From Candidatus Zymogenaceae bacterium (GTDB lineage: Bacteria; Desulfobacterota; Zymogenia; Zymogenales; Zymogenaceae): a stretch of DNA of 64,000 bases. The notes beneath the pieces were generated by a model that saw nothing but the letters and a program-made list of their open reading frames with translations, searched no databases and was not told the origin of the DNA. A program made the translations under genes and the position numbers. Positions 1 to 8,952 of the stretch are shown here, in pieces (position 1 is the stretch's first letter; each line of letters opens with the position of its first letter). The stretch is from contig JAFGAS010000072.1 in the NCBI GenBank assembly GCA_016933535.1, forward strand, positions 1,410 through 65,409, read 5' to 3'.

Positions 1-239
1 TATTCCGCCAGCAGGACCGAGGGGGTCCCCCCGCTGATATCGGTGAGGACCAGGACACCGTCCCCGGAATCCACCTCCCCGATGGCCAGGCTCAAGCCCA
101 GTTTTATCTCCTCTTTCTCCACCCCGAGACCCGTCGAGAAGGTCACGACCTTAGGCGGCCGCTCGCCGATGATATGCTCGACGGTATCGAGGATGTTTTC
201 TGCCATATCCGTGTGGCTGGCGATGACGATTCCGATCAT
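1..239 (-). CDS. PTS sugar transporter subunit EIIA (mannose/fructose family), partial: the C-terminus lies beyond the window edge
   Basis: The minus-strand ATG is the complement of 237-239. Translation MIGIVIASHTDMAENILDTVEHIIGERPPKVVTFSTGLGVEKEEIKLGLSLAIGEVDSGDGVLVLTDISGGTPSVLLAE matches the EIIA-Man pattern (hydrophobic-IVIxxHG...AE...GE...DxxGG). It is absent from the ORF track because it runs off the window. Confidence 0.55.
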   Translation of the reverse strand, partial: MIGIVIASHTDMAENILDTVEHIIGERPPKVVTFSTGLGVEKEEIKLGLSLAIGEVDSGDGVLVLTDISGGTPSVLLAE

Positions 240-361
240 GAGGTTTTTATCCATCGATGACGTGTAGTAAACAGTCTTGCCTCTCTCCGGACTAATTATA
301 GTGAAAACAGCCCGTCATATCAATGAAAAACGGGCCGAGGTTTCATCACAAAACCGCGCCG

Positions 362-727
362 CTAACCGACCGTGAGGATACCCGGGAACAAGTGCCACAC
401 GAGCAACGCAACGCCCAAAAACAGCGCCGCCCCCAGCCACGGCACGACCGCTTTGGCCAGCGTCGTCCTGAGGACCCGCTTGATGACCGGTAAGGCGATC
501 ACGGCATAGAAGGCCAGCCATAGAGAGAGGTTGGCGCCGATAGAGCCCCGGGCGATCGAGACCGTGACCAGCAGTAAAAAGCCGCTCGTTAGCGAGGCTA
601 CAAGGGCGCGCCAGAAGGAACCGCCCTCGATCTGCGCGAGCCTTGCCCAGAGATAGATCACGAACGCGGCGCCCGCGATCCACAAAACGAAGAGGATAAA
701 ACCGATGAAGAAAGCTTTTTCCTGCAT
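362..727 (-). CDS. small hydrophobic membrane protein (hypothetical)
   Basis: 121-aa ORF with 3-4 predicted TM helices. The overlapping 315..683 ORF is in an alternative frame. Confidence 0.45.
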   Translation of the reverse strand: MQEKAFFIGFILFVLWIAGAAFVIYLWARLAQIEGGSFWRALVASLTSGFLLLVTVSIARGSIGANLSLWLAFYAVIALPVIKRVLRTTLAKAVVPWLGAALFLGVALLVWHLFPGILTVG

Positions 728-874
728 GCTACTGATCCACCCCGGTAACTAAGGGTTCGGACTGCACTCGTGATAAATCTAATGACTATAGCGATAGCGT
801 CTTTGCGCCGTAAGCGGAAAGGAGTATGAGCCTGCCCCTTGCATTAATCAGAAGAGCTCTTTCGGTATCTTTCC

Positions 875-1243
875 CTAATCCCAATGACCTTTGTCCTTAA
901 AGACAAGCGTCATGTTTCGGCACTTCGGGCACAGGTAATTGGTATCGGGCAGTTTAAAATACTCGTTCTTGCCGCTAATTCTCCAAACAAAAAGATAATC
1001 GGATACTTCGTTTTCCGGCGAGGGGTCGTGGAGGGAAGAGTCGTCATAGAAGGTCAGGCTGCTGCGGCATGCATGGCACCGCGCGGAACCTCTCTTCGCG
1101 TAGTTTCTAATCACCAATTCACTGCACTGTAGGCAGACTGCGGGTGCGTTGCAGGTGTCCATAAAGTTCGTGAAACCGCCGCCGATAAACATATCGCCCG
1201 TGTCATAACCACACCCGCAAAGACCCCGCAATATGATTCCCAT
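875..1243 (-). CDS. Cys-rich hypothetical protein (CxxC zinc-ribbon motifs)
   Basis: 122-aa ORF with multiple Cys pairs (CGCG, CLQC, CHAC, CPKC). No family recognised. Confidence 0.4.
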   Translation of the reverse strand: MGIILRGLCGCGYDTGDMFIGGGFTNFMDTCNAPAVCLQCSELVIRNYAKRGSARCHACRSSLTFYDDSSLHDPSPENEVSDYLFVWRISGKNEYFKLPDTNYLCPKCRNMTLVFKDKGHWD

Positions 1244-1601
1244 AATAACCGGCTCTATTTAAATAGTACGATTGAGCGTCCTGTCGTTCATCTAAGTTAC
1301 GGGATAAAAAGGGGGAGATATGTGCCCGTTTTAATCTTATTTACCAAAATCGTAAGACGTCGCACGGCTCCCTTTGCCCAGCCGGATTATAGTGTAAATC
1401 GTAACCCAAATCAATATATATATTCTCTATATATATTATAATGTATATGTCATTGTCCCCCGCCGTCTGGCCGGAACGGAAACAGCAGCCGATATGGTAA
1501 GACTATCCCAATCCACCGCCATCCCATGGTCAACACGTTATCCGTGCCGCACAACGCGTAACGCTGTAGGAAAGGACGGACACCATAAATAATGGGTGAC
1601 T

Positions 1602-1625
1602 CCCCGCGAAGCAGGCTTCGCGGGG
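1602..1625. repeat. REP-like perfect palindrome CCCCGCGAAGC-AG-GCTTCGCGGGG
   Basis: 11-bp perfect inverted repeat with a 2-nt loop in an intergenic region. The related CGAAGC-NN-GCTTCG cores recur near 7796 and 61382. Confidence 0.5.
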
Positions 1626-1913
1626 GTCGCGCTGCGCGGGAAGATCGGACTTTTCGGCGCGCCTGTGATACCGCTTGATATTGCATCACCGGTGTGCTAT
1701 CGTGTGCCCGAAAATACACCGCTCTCTGGACTCTCTCGATAACGACGTACCAGTTCGATTGCGCCCAAACAAGGGGTAAAACGATGGGACGGCCGCACAG
1801 TCTAAACAATCATAGAAAACGGCATTGCCCGCCGATCCTTACGTCCCTACCCGGGATACCGTATCCTATCGATATGGCCGCCCGGTCTTCAGCATATTTG
1901 AGGAGGCACGAAT

Positions 1914-2492
1914 ATGAAAAAGCAGCGCTTTTCGAGGAGGTTCTTTTCCCCGGTATTTCTGATATTCGTCATCATGTCTATCTCGTGGGGCGTCTATAAC
2001 CTGGCCTGGCGGCTTGGAAACGTCACGGTCCATCATCTCCTGGCCGACATATTCGGGACGCTTCTCTTCCTTTCGGTCACATTCGGGACCTGCGTCGTCT
2101 ATCCGATGGCCTTTCTGAGGGGAGCGTCCCTACCGGAGCGGGTTCTCGCCTCGCTGGTTAACCCGTTGATATGGGCGACAAAAGAGTGCATCAGGATGTT
2201 CGGCGCGTTCAGTCTTACGGAGTCCCTCTATTACTATTGTAACCCGCTCAACATCTGGCTCCTTTTGGGCATCATCGCACAGATGAGCATCATCGAGATG
2301 ATACTGCGGCACAGGCGCAAGAAAGCGGGCGAGAACATCCGGGTGTTCAGCATCCCGGTGGTCGCCGCGTTCGTGATCAGTATGGCCCTGGTGGTGGGGT
2401 TGTACGCCTGGGGCCGCGGCGAGAACATCTTCAGCTCCTATCTGGTTTTCTACAAGACGCTCTTCGGCCCCGGGGTGGGCCTTTCGTATTAG
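1914..2492 (+). CDS. integral membrane protein (hypothetical)
   Basis: 192-aa ORF with about 5 TM helices. It directly precedes the sulfatase gene with a 12-nt gap. Confidence 0.5.
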   Translation: MKKQRFSRRFFSPVFLIFVIMSISWGVYNLAWRLGNVTVHHLLADIFGTLLFLSVTFGTCVVYPMAFLRGASLPERVLASLVNPLIWATKECIRMFGAFSLTESLYYYCNPLNIWLLLGIIAQMSIIEMILRHRRKKAGENIRVFSIPVVAAFVISMALVVGLYAWGRGENIFSSYLVFYKTLFGPGVGLSY

Positions 2493-2504
2493 AGGAGGGG
2501 TACC

Positions 2505-3929
2505 GTGTCCGACAAGAAAAAAAACCAAATCATGTCCCATCCCGTGACCCGGAGGGACATGCTCAAGACAATGGCAACCGGCTCGGCTGCCGGTTTTTTT
2601 GGGATGGCGCTGCCCGGGGCGCTCGGGGGTGCGCCTTTTTCCGCCCTGCCTTTGGCGCCGAAACGCCCCAATATCGTATTTATCCTGAGCGACAACTGCC
2701 GGCCCGACTTCATGGGGTTTACCGTCCATCCGTTCATCAAGACGCCCGCCATAGACGGGCTTGCCGCCCAAGGCGTCTCGTTTGACAACGCGTTTTGCAC
2801 CACCTCGCTGTGCAGCCCCTCCCGGGCAAGCTTTTTGACGGGCGACTACGCGCATACCCACGGCGTTTTGAACAACCACATGCCCTGGACGGGGCAAAGG
2901 AAAATGTTCCTGGAGCGCCTGAAGCAGGCCGGGTACGACACCGGGTTCGTCGGCAAGTTCCACATGCCCGGCAACGGGCTCCCCGATCTACCGTTTCTGG
3001 ATACCTTCGTCTCGTTTGACATCAAGGAGAACCAGGGCCAGTACTTTGACTGTCCGCTGATCGTGGACGGAAAGCCTGAGGCCTCCAGGAAGGAATATCT
3101 TATAGAGGAGCTGACCGACCGGGCGATAGATTTCATCGGGCAGGACCACGAAAATCCGTTCTGCCTGTACCTCTCATACAAGACCGCCCATTTCCCGTTT
3201 TTGCCCCCGAAAGACCTCGCCGGCATCTACGCAAACGAGAAGGTGGACCTCCCTCCCGGGGCCGACTCCTGGCTCGGCAGGACAAACGGCAACGTCTTTG
3301 AGGGAACGATGGTCGGCTCGCTGGACGCGCTTTACCGGAGATACGGCGAGGCCATTACCGGTATGGACCGTGAGATCGGCCGTCTCATCAAGAAGATCGA
3401 CTCGTCCCCGCTTGCGGACAATACCGTCGTTATCTACGCGTCCGACAACGGCTATATGTGGGGCGAGCACCGCATTATCGGCATCAACTGGCACTACGAG
3501 GAATCTATCCGGATCCCCTTTGTCGTCCGGTGCCCGTGGCTCATACCCGACCCCGGCACACGCCGGTCCCAGATGATGCTCAACATCGACCTGGCCCCGA
3601 CGGTCCTGGAGATGGCGGGCGTCCCGGTGCCTGCCGACGTCGACGGTCAGAGCGCCGTGCCCATACTCCGCGACGGGGGTACGCCCGGGCGCAGCGCATG
3701 GTTCTACGAGTACTACAAGTATTTCCCGGAGAACGTCCCCACCATGCAGGGCGTGAGGACACGGACGCGCATGTACGTCGAGTTCGAAAAGGGGATGAGA
3801 CCGCAGCTGTTTGACCTGGTCCGTGATCCGGGCGAGCACGTCAACCTCTTCGGGACCGCCGAGGGGGACCGGCTTGTGCCCGGACTCAAAGCCATGATGA
3901 AAGACCTGAAGGCGGGAAAGCGTCTGTAA
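2505..3929 (+). CDS. arylsulfatase (Cys-type sulfatase, Tat-exported)
   Basis: Twin-arginine motif RRDMLK. The formylglycine site CSPSRASFLTG, the PNIVFILSD N-terminal metal-binding motif, the GKFH motif and 474 aa length are all typical of the sulfatase family. Confidence 0.9.
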   Translation: MSDKKKNQIMSHPVTRRDMLKTMATGSAAGFFGMALPGALGGAPFSALPLAPKRPNIVFILSDNCRPDFMGFTVHPFIKTPAIDGLAAQGVSFDNAFCTTSLCSPSRASFLTGDYAHTHGVLNNHMPWTGQRKMFLERLKQAGYDTGFVGKFHMPGNGLPDLPFLDTFVSFDIKENQGQYFDCPLIVDGKPEASRKEYLIEELTDRAIDFIGQDHENPFCLYLSYKTAHFPFLPPKDLAGIYANEKVDLPPGADSWLGRTNGNVFEGTMVGSLDALYRRYGEAITGMDREIGRLIKKIDSSPLADNTVVIYASDNGYMWGEHRIIGINWHYEESIRIPFVVRCPWLIPDPGTRRSQMMLNIDLAPTVLEMAGVPVPADVDGQSAVPILRDGGTPGRSAWFYEYYKYFPENVPTMQGVRTRTRMYVEFEKGMRPQLFDLVRDPGEHVNLFGTAEGDRLVPGLKAMMKDLKAGKRL

Positions 3930-4153
3930 CATAAACGGGATCGATGATGACGTCGCGGCCGCCCCCCAACGGCCCACGAAACGGCCCTTCCGGGGGCCGA
4001 ATGGGAGGTTCCGTCCTGAAGCTTTTTGACTTTTAACTGATACGACGATGTAGTATATTAGACCTATTTCACGCCGAGGCCGGCTGTGGACACGGCTCGT
4101 GCCCGCCGCGGTTTATACGAGAATATGCGCTAACGATTGCAGGCAAACAAAAA

Positions 4154-5287
4154 ATGAGAATACTTATCAATACCTCGCCTCTCGTTACGCCACTTACGGG
4201 AATCGGCCATTATGTCGCCAACCTTATACATTCCATGGTATCGTTAGAGCCGTCGCACGAATATTTCTTTTTCAACAGAAACTACGTTTCATCGGAACTC
4301 AAAAGTTCCCAAACAGGGACGGGTATACCGGCGAAACCACCTTTCTACAGCGGGATTCTGCCGCAGAAAATAACCTATGGATTAAGAAGACTATTTCTGA
4401 GCGCTCTTTTCCTGAAAAGTAAATACAATGTATATCATGAGACGAATTACTTTCCCCCCAGGGAGATCCCTTTCCCGACAATCAGCACTATTTACGATCT
4501 TTCGGTTCAGATCTATCCTCAGTATCATCCCATCGACCGGGTAAGAATGTTCGAAAAACATTTCTTGAAATATCTGTCTTCTTACCGATATATTATCGCC
4601 ATATCCAACAACACGAAAAACGACCTGGTCAGGGTGAGCGGATACCCCGAGGAGAGAATAGGCGTCGTATATCCCGGATATCATGGCAGATTTAGGGTCG
4701 TCAGCCAGGCGAGCGTAAAAAAGTATATTGAGGAGAAAAAGCTGCCGTCAAAATATATCCTTTTTTTGGGAACGCTGGATCCGCGGAAAAATATCCGGCT
4801 GCTCTTGGACGCTTATACGCTGCTGAATAGTTCTCTCAGAGAGAAATACCATATTGTCCTGGCCGGTTGGAAAGGATGGGATTATGAAGGAGTATTCAGA
4901 AGGATTGATGATCTGGGGATACGATCTTCGACCATCTACCTGGGATATGTCCGAGACGATGAAGTGCCGCTGCTCTATAATGGGGCTTCTCTTTTTGTCT
5001 ATCCATCCTTTTATGAGGGATTCGGTCTCCCCCTCCTGGAGGCGATGGCGTGTGGATGTCCCGTCATTACCACAAATGCATCTTCACTGCCGGAGGTGGT
5101 CGGCGATGGAGGCGTTATGGTCGACCCGTACGATGAATACGGCATGAGAGACAAGATGGAGATGATATTGACCGACGATAAGACAAGAACCGGTCTGAGA
5201 GAATACGGTCTTAAAAGAGTGGGTATGTTTTCGTGGGAAACCTGTGCGCAGCATACGCTGGACGTATATAAGAAAGCGGCCGACTGA
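4154..5287 (+). CDS. glycosyltransferase family 4 (GT-B, group 1)
   Basis: C-terminal EGFGLPLLEAMACGCPVITTNASSLPEVVGDGG motif of GT4 enzymes, 377 aa. The gene is visibly lower in GC than its neighbours. Confidence 0.9.
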   Translation: MRILINTSPLVTPLTGIGHYVANLIHSMVSLEPSHEYFFFNRNYVSSELKSSQTGTGIPAKPPFYSGILPQKITYGLRRLFLSALFLKSKYNVYHETNYFPPREIPFPTISTIYDLSVQIYPQYHPIDRVRMFEKHFLKYLSSYRYIIAISNNTKNDLVRVSGYPEERIGVVYPGYHGRFRVVSQASVKKYIEEKKLPSKYILFLGTLDPRKNIRLLLDAYTLLNSSLREKYHIVLAGWKGWDYEGVFRRIDDLGIRSSTIYLGYVRDDEVPLLYNGASLFVYPSFYEGFGLPLLEAMACGCPVITTNASSLPEVVGDGGVMVDPYDEYGMRDKMEMILTDDKTRTGLREYGLKRVGMFSWETCAQHTLDVYKKAAD

Positions 5288-5961
5288 ACATCCCGCATCC
5301 CGGCAGTCAGGGAAATCCTAAAGGCCGCCGGGTTTCCCTTCAGCCCTTATCCAACGGAATCGAAAATACCCCCCGATCTCTTTTTCATACGGACTATTAT
5401 AAGAACCGTAACGCCCGTCAGATAAGGCATTTACGCGCACCTCGAGGGCTTTGCCCCGCCCCCGCCTCCCCCCGTCATACGGACGACCGAAGGTACCCAC
5501 GCCACCCGACACGCGCCTTAATCCACAGCCCCCCCGCCTACGCGACCCCCGCACCCCCCCTTGCCGTCAGGAGGAACGGCACGTGCCGTGTCCGGCGGCC
5601 CACACCCCCCGGCCCTGCGGAAACATCCGCTTAGCCGTGCCGGCCCGCCCGCAATTTCGCCGTCTGTTCCCCCTCGTACCAACACCCCTTTCAGGGCTCC
5701 TTTTCGAAACCTTCTATATTTTCGACAAAGAACATAATAGCATAAGTATATATATGCAACATTTAGTATCTGCGTATTAACACAAGTAATTATATTGGCA
5801 ATCCTAATATAATGTTTGAATATTTCCTGTTATTGCGATATAATATTTTATATATAATATTGACAATAGGGCTGCCCGGGGGGGCGGGCGAGGCGTTCCG
5901 ATTTCCCCCCACACCCGCTTCCAGAGCGACAGACAATCCACATTCTACAAAGGAGTTCTAC

Positions 5962-6840
5962 ATGGCTTCACCGGAAAAGAGACTTCACTGGAACAAGGAA
6001 AAGGGTTCGTTACACCTCGTTCAGGACAACACGGAGCACCGGCTCTTTTTGATGAGAAAGGGCTTCATGGATTCGTTCTTCGACGAGATCGAGAACGTCG
6101 AGGGAAAAGACGCGCTGTCCATGACGATTCGAAAGATCCTCGAAAAGGCCGAAGCCCAATCCGTCGAAACCGCAAAACTCACCGTCGATACGCTCAACCG
6201 GCTCAAGGACGACCGCCTCCTGCCGCTTGCGATCGGCCCCGATGAGCTGCCGCCCATGTTTACCCAGACCGAGGGCACCCGGGAGTTAGTCGCGTTCGGC
6301 TCGGTGGTCTATCTTCTGGAAATGGCCGAGATCCTCAATGTCTTCAAGGAGGTCAGCGCCCAGATTCTGACCCCCCGGGGGGCGCGGGCAATCATGAGGA
6401 CGGTCGGCAGGCGCGCCGGCATGGCCGTGGGGGATGCGGCAAAGGCCAACTACAGCTGGGACAACCTCGACGCCGCCACGGCCTCCATGGACCAGCAGAC
6501 CAAGTTTATCTTTCCCCTCATGGGGTGGGGGAATCCCTCGGTGATCAGTGCCAAGGGCCCCGACGGAAACTATCTCATGCTCTACCGCTGTCACAACACC
6601 TATGAGGCCGACGGCGTCCGGTCTACCGAACCGGTCTGCGCCGTCTTCGCGTCGTTTCTGGCGGGGATAACCGAAAGCATCGTATCCACGCTCACCGGCC
6701 AGTCGGCCGAGTGCCGTGAGGTCAAGTGCGCCGCCGCGGGAGACGACTACTGCGCCTTTGCCGTGAAGATCAAGCCCAAGGGCTCCCCTGCTCTGGACTG
6801 GTCGGAGATCGCCGACGAATGGCGCGCCCTGGATACGTAG
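5962..6840 (+). CDS. V4R (4-vinyl reductase) domain protein
   Basis: The start was moved to the ATG at 5962, which is preceded by AAGGAG; the track ORF's N-terminal extension is AT-rich junk. The C-terminus CHNTYEADG...ECREVKCAAAGDDYCAFAVKIK fits the V4R Cys-rich signature. Confidence 0.6.
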   Translation: MASPEKRLHWNKEKGSLHLVQDNTEHRLFLMRKGFMDSFFDEIENVEGKDALSMTIRKILEKAEAQSVETAKLTVDTLNRLKDDRLLPLAIGPDELPPMFTQTEGTRELVAFGSVVYLLEMAEILNVFKEVSAQILTPRGARAIMRTVGRRAGMAVGDAAKANYSWDNLDAATASMDQQTKFIFPLMGWGNPSVISAKGPDGNYLMLYRCHNTYEADGVRSTEPVCAVFASFLAGITESIVSTLTGQSAECREVKCAAAGDDYCAFAVKIKPKGSPALDWSEIADEWRALDT

Positions 6841-7115
6841 GGGAACGCCGGTTGTCAATAATAGGTTATCGTGGGGCGGCACGCTGAGCCGCCCCACACC
6901 GTAGCACCCCGCCAAGCCTCTTTCATCGGGGCCCGGTGCGATAAGAGCTCCTCCGCAATAAAATATTCGTAGAATCTATCGGCCCATTCCCTGTTATTTT
7001 TACCCGGGTACTATTGACAAACCTATTTTACCCTGGTAAATTTATCCCATTGGTGCGCGTCTGTGGAAGACGCCGGAATTCAAACAGTACCCCAACGATA
7101 TATGAAGGACAACCG

Positions 7116-7748
7116 ATGGACACGAAACGGACATTCACGGCCTTTGCCGGCCATGAGTTGATCGCCTCGGGCGATATCGAGACGGCGATACGAACGGCAA
7201 AGGAGCAGATCGACGGCGGGCGGCAGGACCCCGTCATTTTCTTTGACGACCGGACCGGAAGGCAGATCGACTTTGACCTCCGCGGCACGCCCGAGGAGGC
7301 CCTGGCGCGGCTCGCGTCCCATCCCGAGTTTGCCGGGGCCGAGGCCGCGGCACAGCCGAAAAGCGGGCCGGGCCGCCCGAACCTGGGCGTGGTCTGCCGG
7401 GAGGTCTCCCTGCTGCCGCGCCACTGGGAGTGGCTGGCCGCACAATCCGGCACCGCCTCCGCAACGATACGAAGGCTCGTCGACGAGGACCGAAAACGAA
7501 ACGGCGGAAAAGAACGGGCGCGCATTGCCAGGGACGCCGCCGGAACGTTCATGTGGACGATGGGCGGAAACCTCCCCGGGTTCGAGGAGGCGTCGCGCGC
7601 GCTGTTCGCCGGGGACTACGGCCGTCTCGAGGGGCTGGTTGGCCGGTGGCCCCGCGACATCCGGGAGCACCTGGCGCGGCTGGCCGCAGAGGCCGCCCGG
7701 CTGCAAGACGAGGCCGGCGGCGGCAGCGCGGCGGCCCCGGCCCGATAA
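7116..7748 (+). CDS. DUF2239-like conserved hypothetical protein
   Basis: The start was placed at the ATG at 7116, which has an AAGGA RBS. Ala/Arg-rich 210-aa protein. The family assignment is from memory and is low-certainty. Confidence 0.45.
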   Translation: MDTKRTFTAFAGHELIASGDIETAIRTAKEQIDGGRQDPVIFFDDRTGRQIDFDLRGTPEEALARLASHPEFAGAEAAAQPKSGPGRPNLGVVCREVSLLPRHWEWLAAQSGTASATIRRLVDEDRKRNGGKERARIARDAAGTFMWTMGGNLPGFEEASRALFAGDYGRLEGLVGRWPRDIREHLARLAAEAARLQDEAGGGSAAAPAR

Positions 7749-7752
7749 GTCA

Positions 7753-7776
7753 CCCCAAAAGGCAGGCCTTTTGGGG
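7753..7776. terminator. gene-terminal hairpin CCCCAAAAGG-CAGG-CCTTTTGGGG (copy 1)
   Basis: 10-bp stem with a 4-nt loop, 5 nt after the DUF2239 stop. A 25-nt identical copy follows the next gene (8310-8334). Confidence 0.4.
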
Positions 7777-7910
7777 CCCCGTTGGATCACCCCACGAAGC
7801 AGGCTTCACTCACGGCCCCGATGGGAGAGAAGGAAGAGAAAGGACGGGCGGCGGGATTTGTTTTGTGTTATACTTTCGGCTGTGTTTAGCAAGAAATATG
7901 GAGGTATGTC

Positions 7911-8297
7911 ATGAACGATGCCCAGATCTTTCTGCTGATCGGCCTGGCCTACACGGCGATGGGCCTGGGGGCCCTGCTGAGCAAAGGCTTGTACAAACGG
8001 CTTCTCGATGACTTTGTCGATTCCCCCGCCCTCCTCTTCTTGACCGGCATCCTTACCCTTGTCCTCGGTTTCGTGCTGGTCGTCTCTCACAACGTATGGG
8101 TCATGGGCTGGACGGTCATCATCACGATCTTCGGCTGGCTGGCCCTGGTCAAAGGCTTTATGATCCTGGCCTTCCCCGGGTTCTACGGCTATATCGGCAG
8201 TAAGTTGAAAATGAGCGGAGCATTCATGCGCGTATACCCCGTGATCGTCCTCTTGATCGGCGTCTTTCTGCTCCTGCTGGGCTTCGGGGTGCTGTAG
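7911..8297 (+). CDS. small 4-TM membrane protein (hypothetical)
   Basis: 128 aa, entirely hydrophobic helices. Confidence 0.5.
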   Translation: MNDAQIFLLIGLAYTAMGLGALLSKGLYKRLLDDFVDSPALLFLTGILTLVLGFVLVVSHNVWVMGWTVIITIFGWLALVKGFMILAFPGFYGYIGSKLKMSGAFMRVYPVIVLLIGVFLLLLGFGVL

Positions 8298-8309
8298 CCC
8301 CCAATGACC

Positions 8310-8334
8310 CACCCCAAAAGGCAGGCCTTTTGGG
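8310..8334. terminator. gene-terminal hairpin (copy 2 of CACCCCAAAAGGCAGGCCTTTTGGG)
   Basis: Identical 25-nt element 13 nt after the stop at 8297. Confidence 0.4.
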
Positions 8335-8479
8335 AGCCCGACGGGGGGCAAGAAAAGAAATGCGGAAAAATAGTCTTCAGGATGTAGTCGTGGGATTACC
8401 CGGCTTCGTTCGTAATGGCGTGTTTTCGACGCCGGACGCGACTTATCGCGTCCGGCCTTCTTGTATCCCCGTACGTGTC

Positions 8480-8902
8480 TCAGCCCTTCTTTTCCGGTGA
8501 TTTGACCAGGCTTGCCGAGTTGACGTAACTGAAAATGAACAGCACGTAGAGAGCCGCCGCCAGTATCCACGACGGGACCATGTCGCTCACGGTGACGTAG
8601 CCGTAGACGAAGAGATAGATGGTCGTCAGGTCCAGCCCTAACTTCACCGGGAACATCGTCAAAATGATGATCCCCCGGCGCTCCACCGGCTTTCGATCCG
8701 CCCAGATCAAGAGGAACGTCCAGCCGGCCATGAGGGCCGCGCCGACGGCCAGCGTGTACCGAATCCCGCCGGTTACCTCGATTCCCTCGATGCCGTAGAT
8801 CGCCATTCCCAGCTGCGGCACCAGCATCGGGATGACCCACAAACCGTCTAAGACCGCCCCCGCCCAGTAACTGATCCTGAGCCACAGAATTCTCCTGTCC
8901 AT
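8480..8902 (-). CDS. membrane protein (hypothetical), downstream of marR
   Basis: 140 aa, 4 TM helices, co-directional and 50 nt downstream of the MarR gene. Confidence 0.5.
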   Translation of the reverse strand: MDRRILWLRISYWAGAVLDGLWVIPMLVPQLGMAIYGIEGIEVTGGIRYTLAVGAALMAGWTFLLIWADRKPVERRGIIILTMFPVKLGLDLTTIYLFVYGYVTVSDMVPSWILAAALYVLFIFSYVNSASLVKSPEKKG

Positions 8903-8952
8903 ACATGCCTCCTGGTTAGTTAGTCTAACTAATCTTTAGGTTAAAAAAAAGA

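Noticed and set aside
43-267. 74-aa plus-strand ORF at the window start
   Set aside because: Its composition is uninformative. The opposite strand encodes a clearly recognisable PTS EIIA-Man N-terminus, so the plus ORF is an antisense artefact.
1244-1913. Intergenic region with the ORF 1450..1809 (minus) and an alternating AT stretch at about 1413-1450
   Set aside because: The ORF has no RBS or motif support. The region is better explained as a promoter/REP-containing spacer. No tRNA-like cloverleaf could be recognised by eye.
2130-2963. 277-aa minus-strand ORF
   Set aside because: It lies antisense to the well-supported arylsulfatase gene. It has an Arg/Gly/Pro-rich composition typical of spurious ORFs in high-GC DNA.
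5812-5961. N-terminal 50-codon extension of the V4R ORF (MFEYFLLLRYNILYIIL...)
   Set aside because: It is translated from the AT-rich promoter tract and has no RBS. An AAGGAG-preceded ATG at 5962 gives a sensible start.
6286-8906. Several long ORFs on the opposite or alternative frames (6286..6915-, 7080..7790-, 7243..7914+, 7430..8011+, 7806..8906-)
   Set aside because: They overlap better-supported genes (V4R, DUF2239, membrane proteins). They have extreme Arg/Pro/Gly content and no recognisable domains, which is characteristic of GC-rich frame noise.
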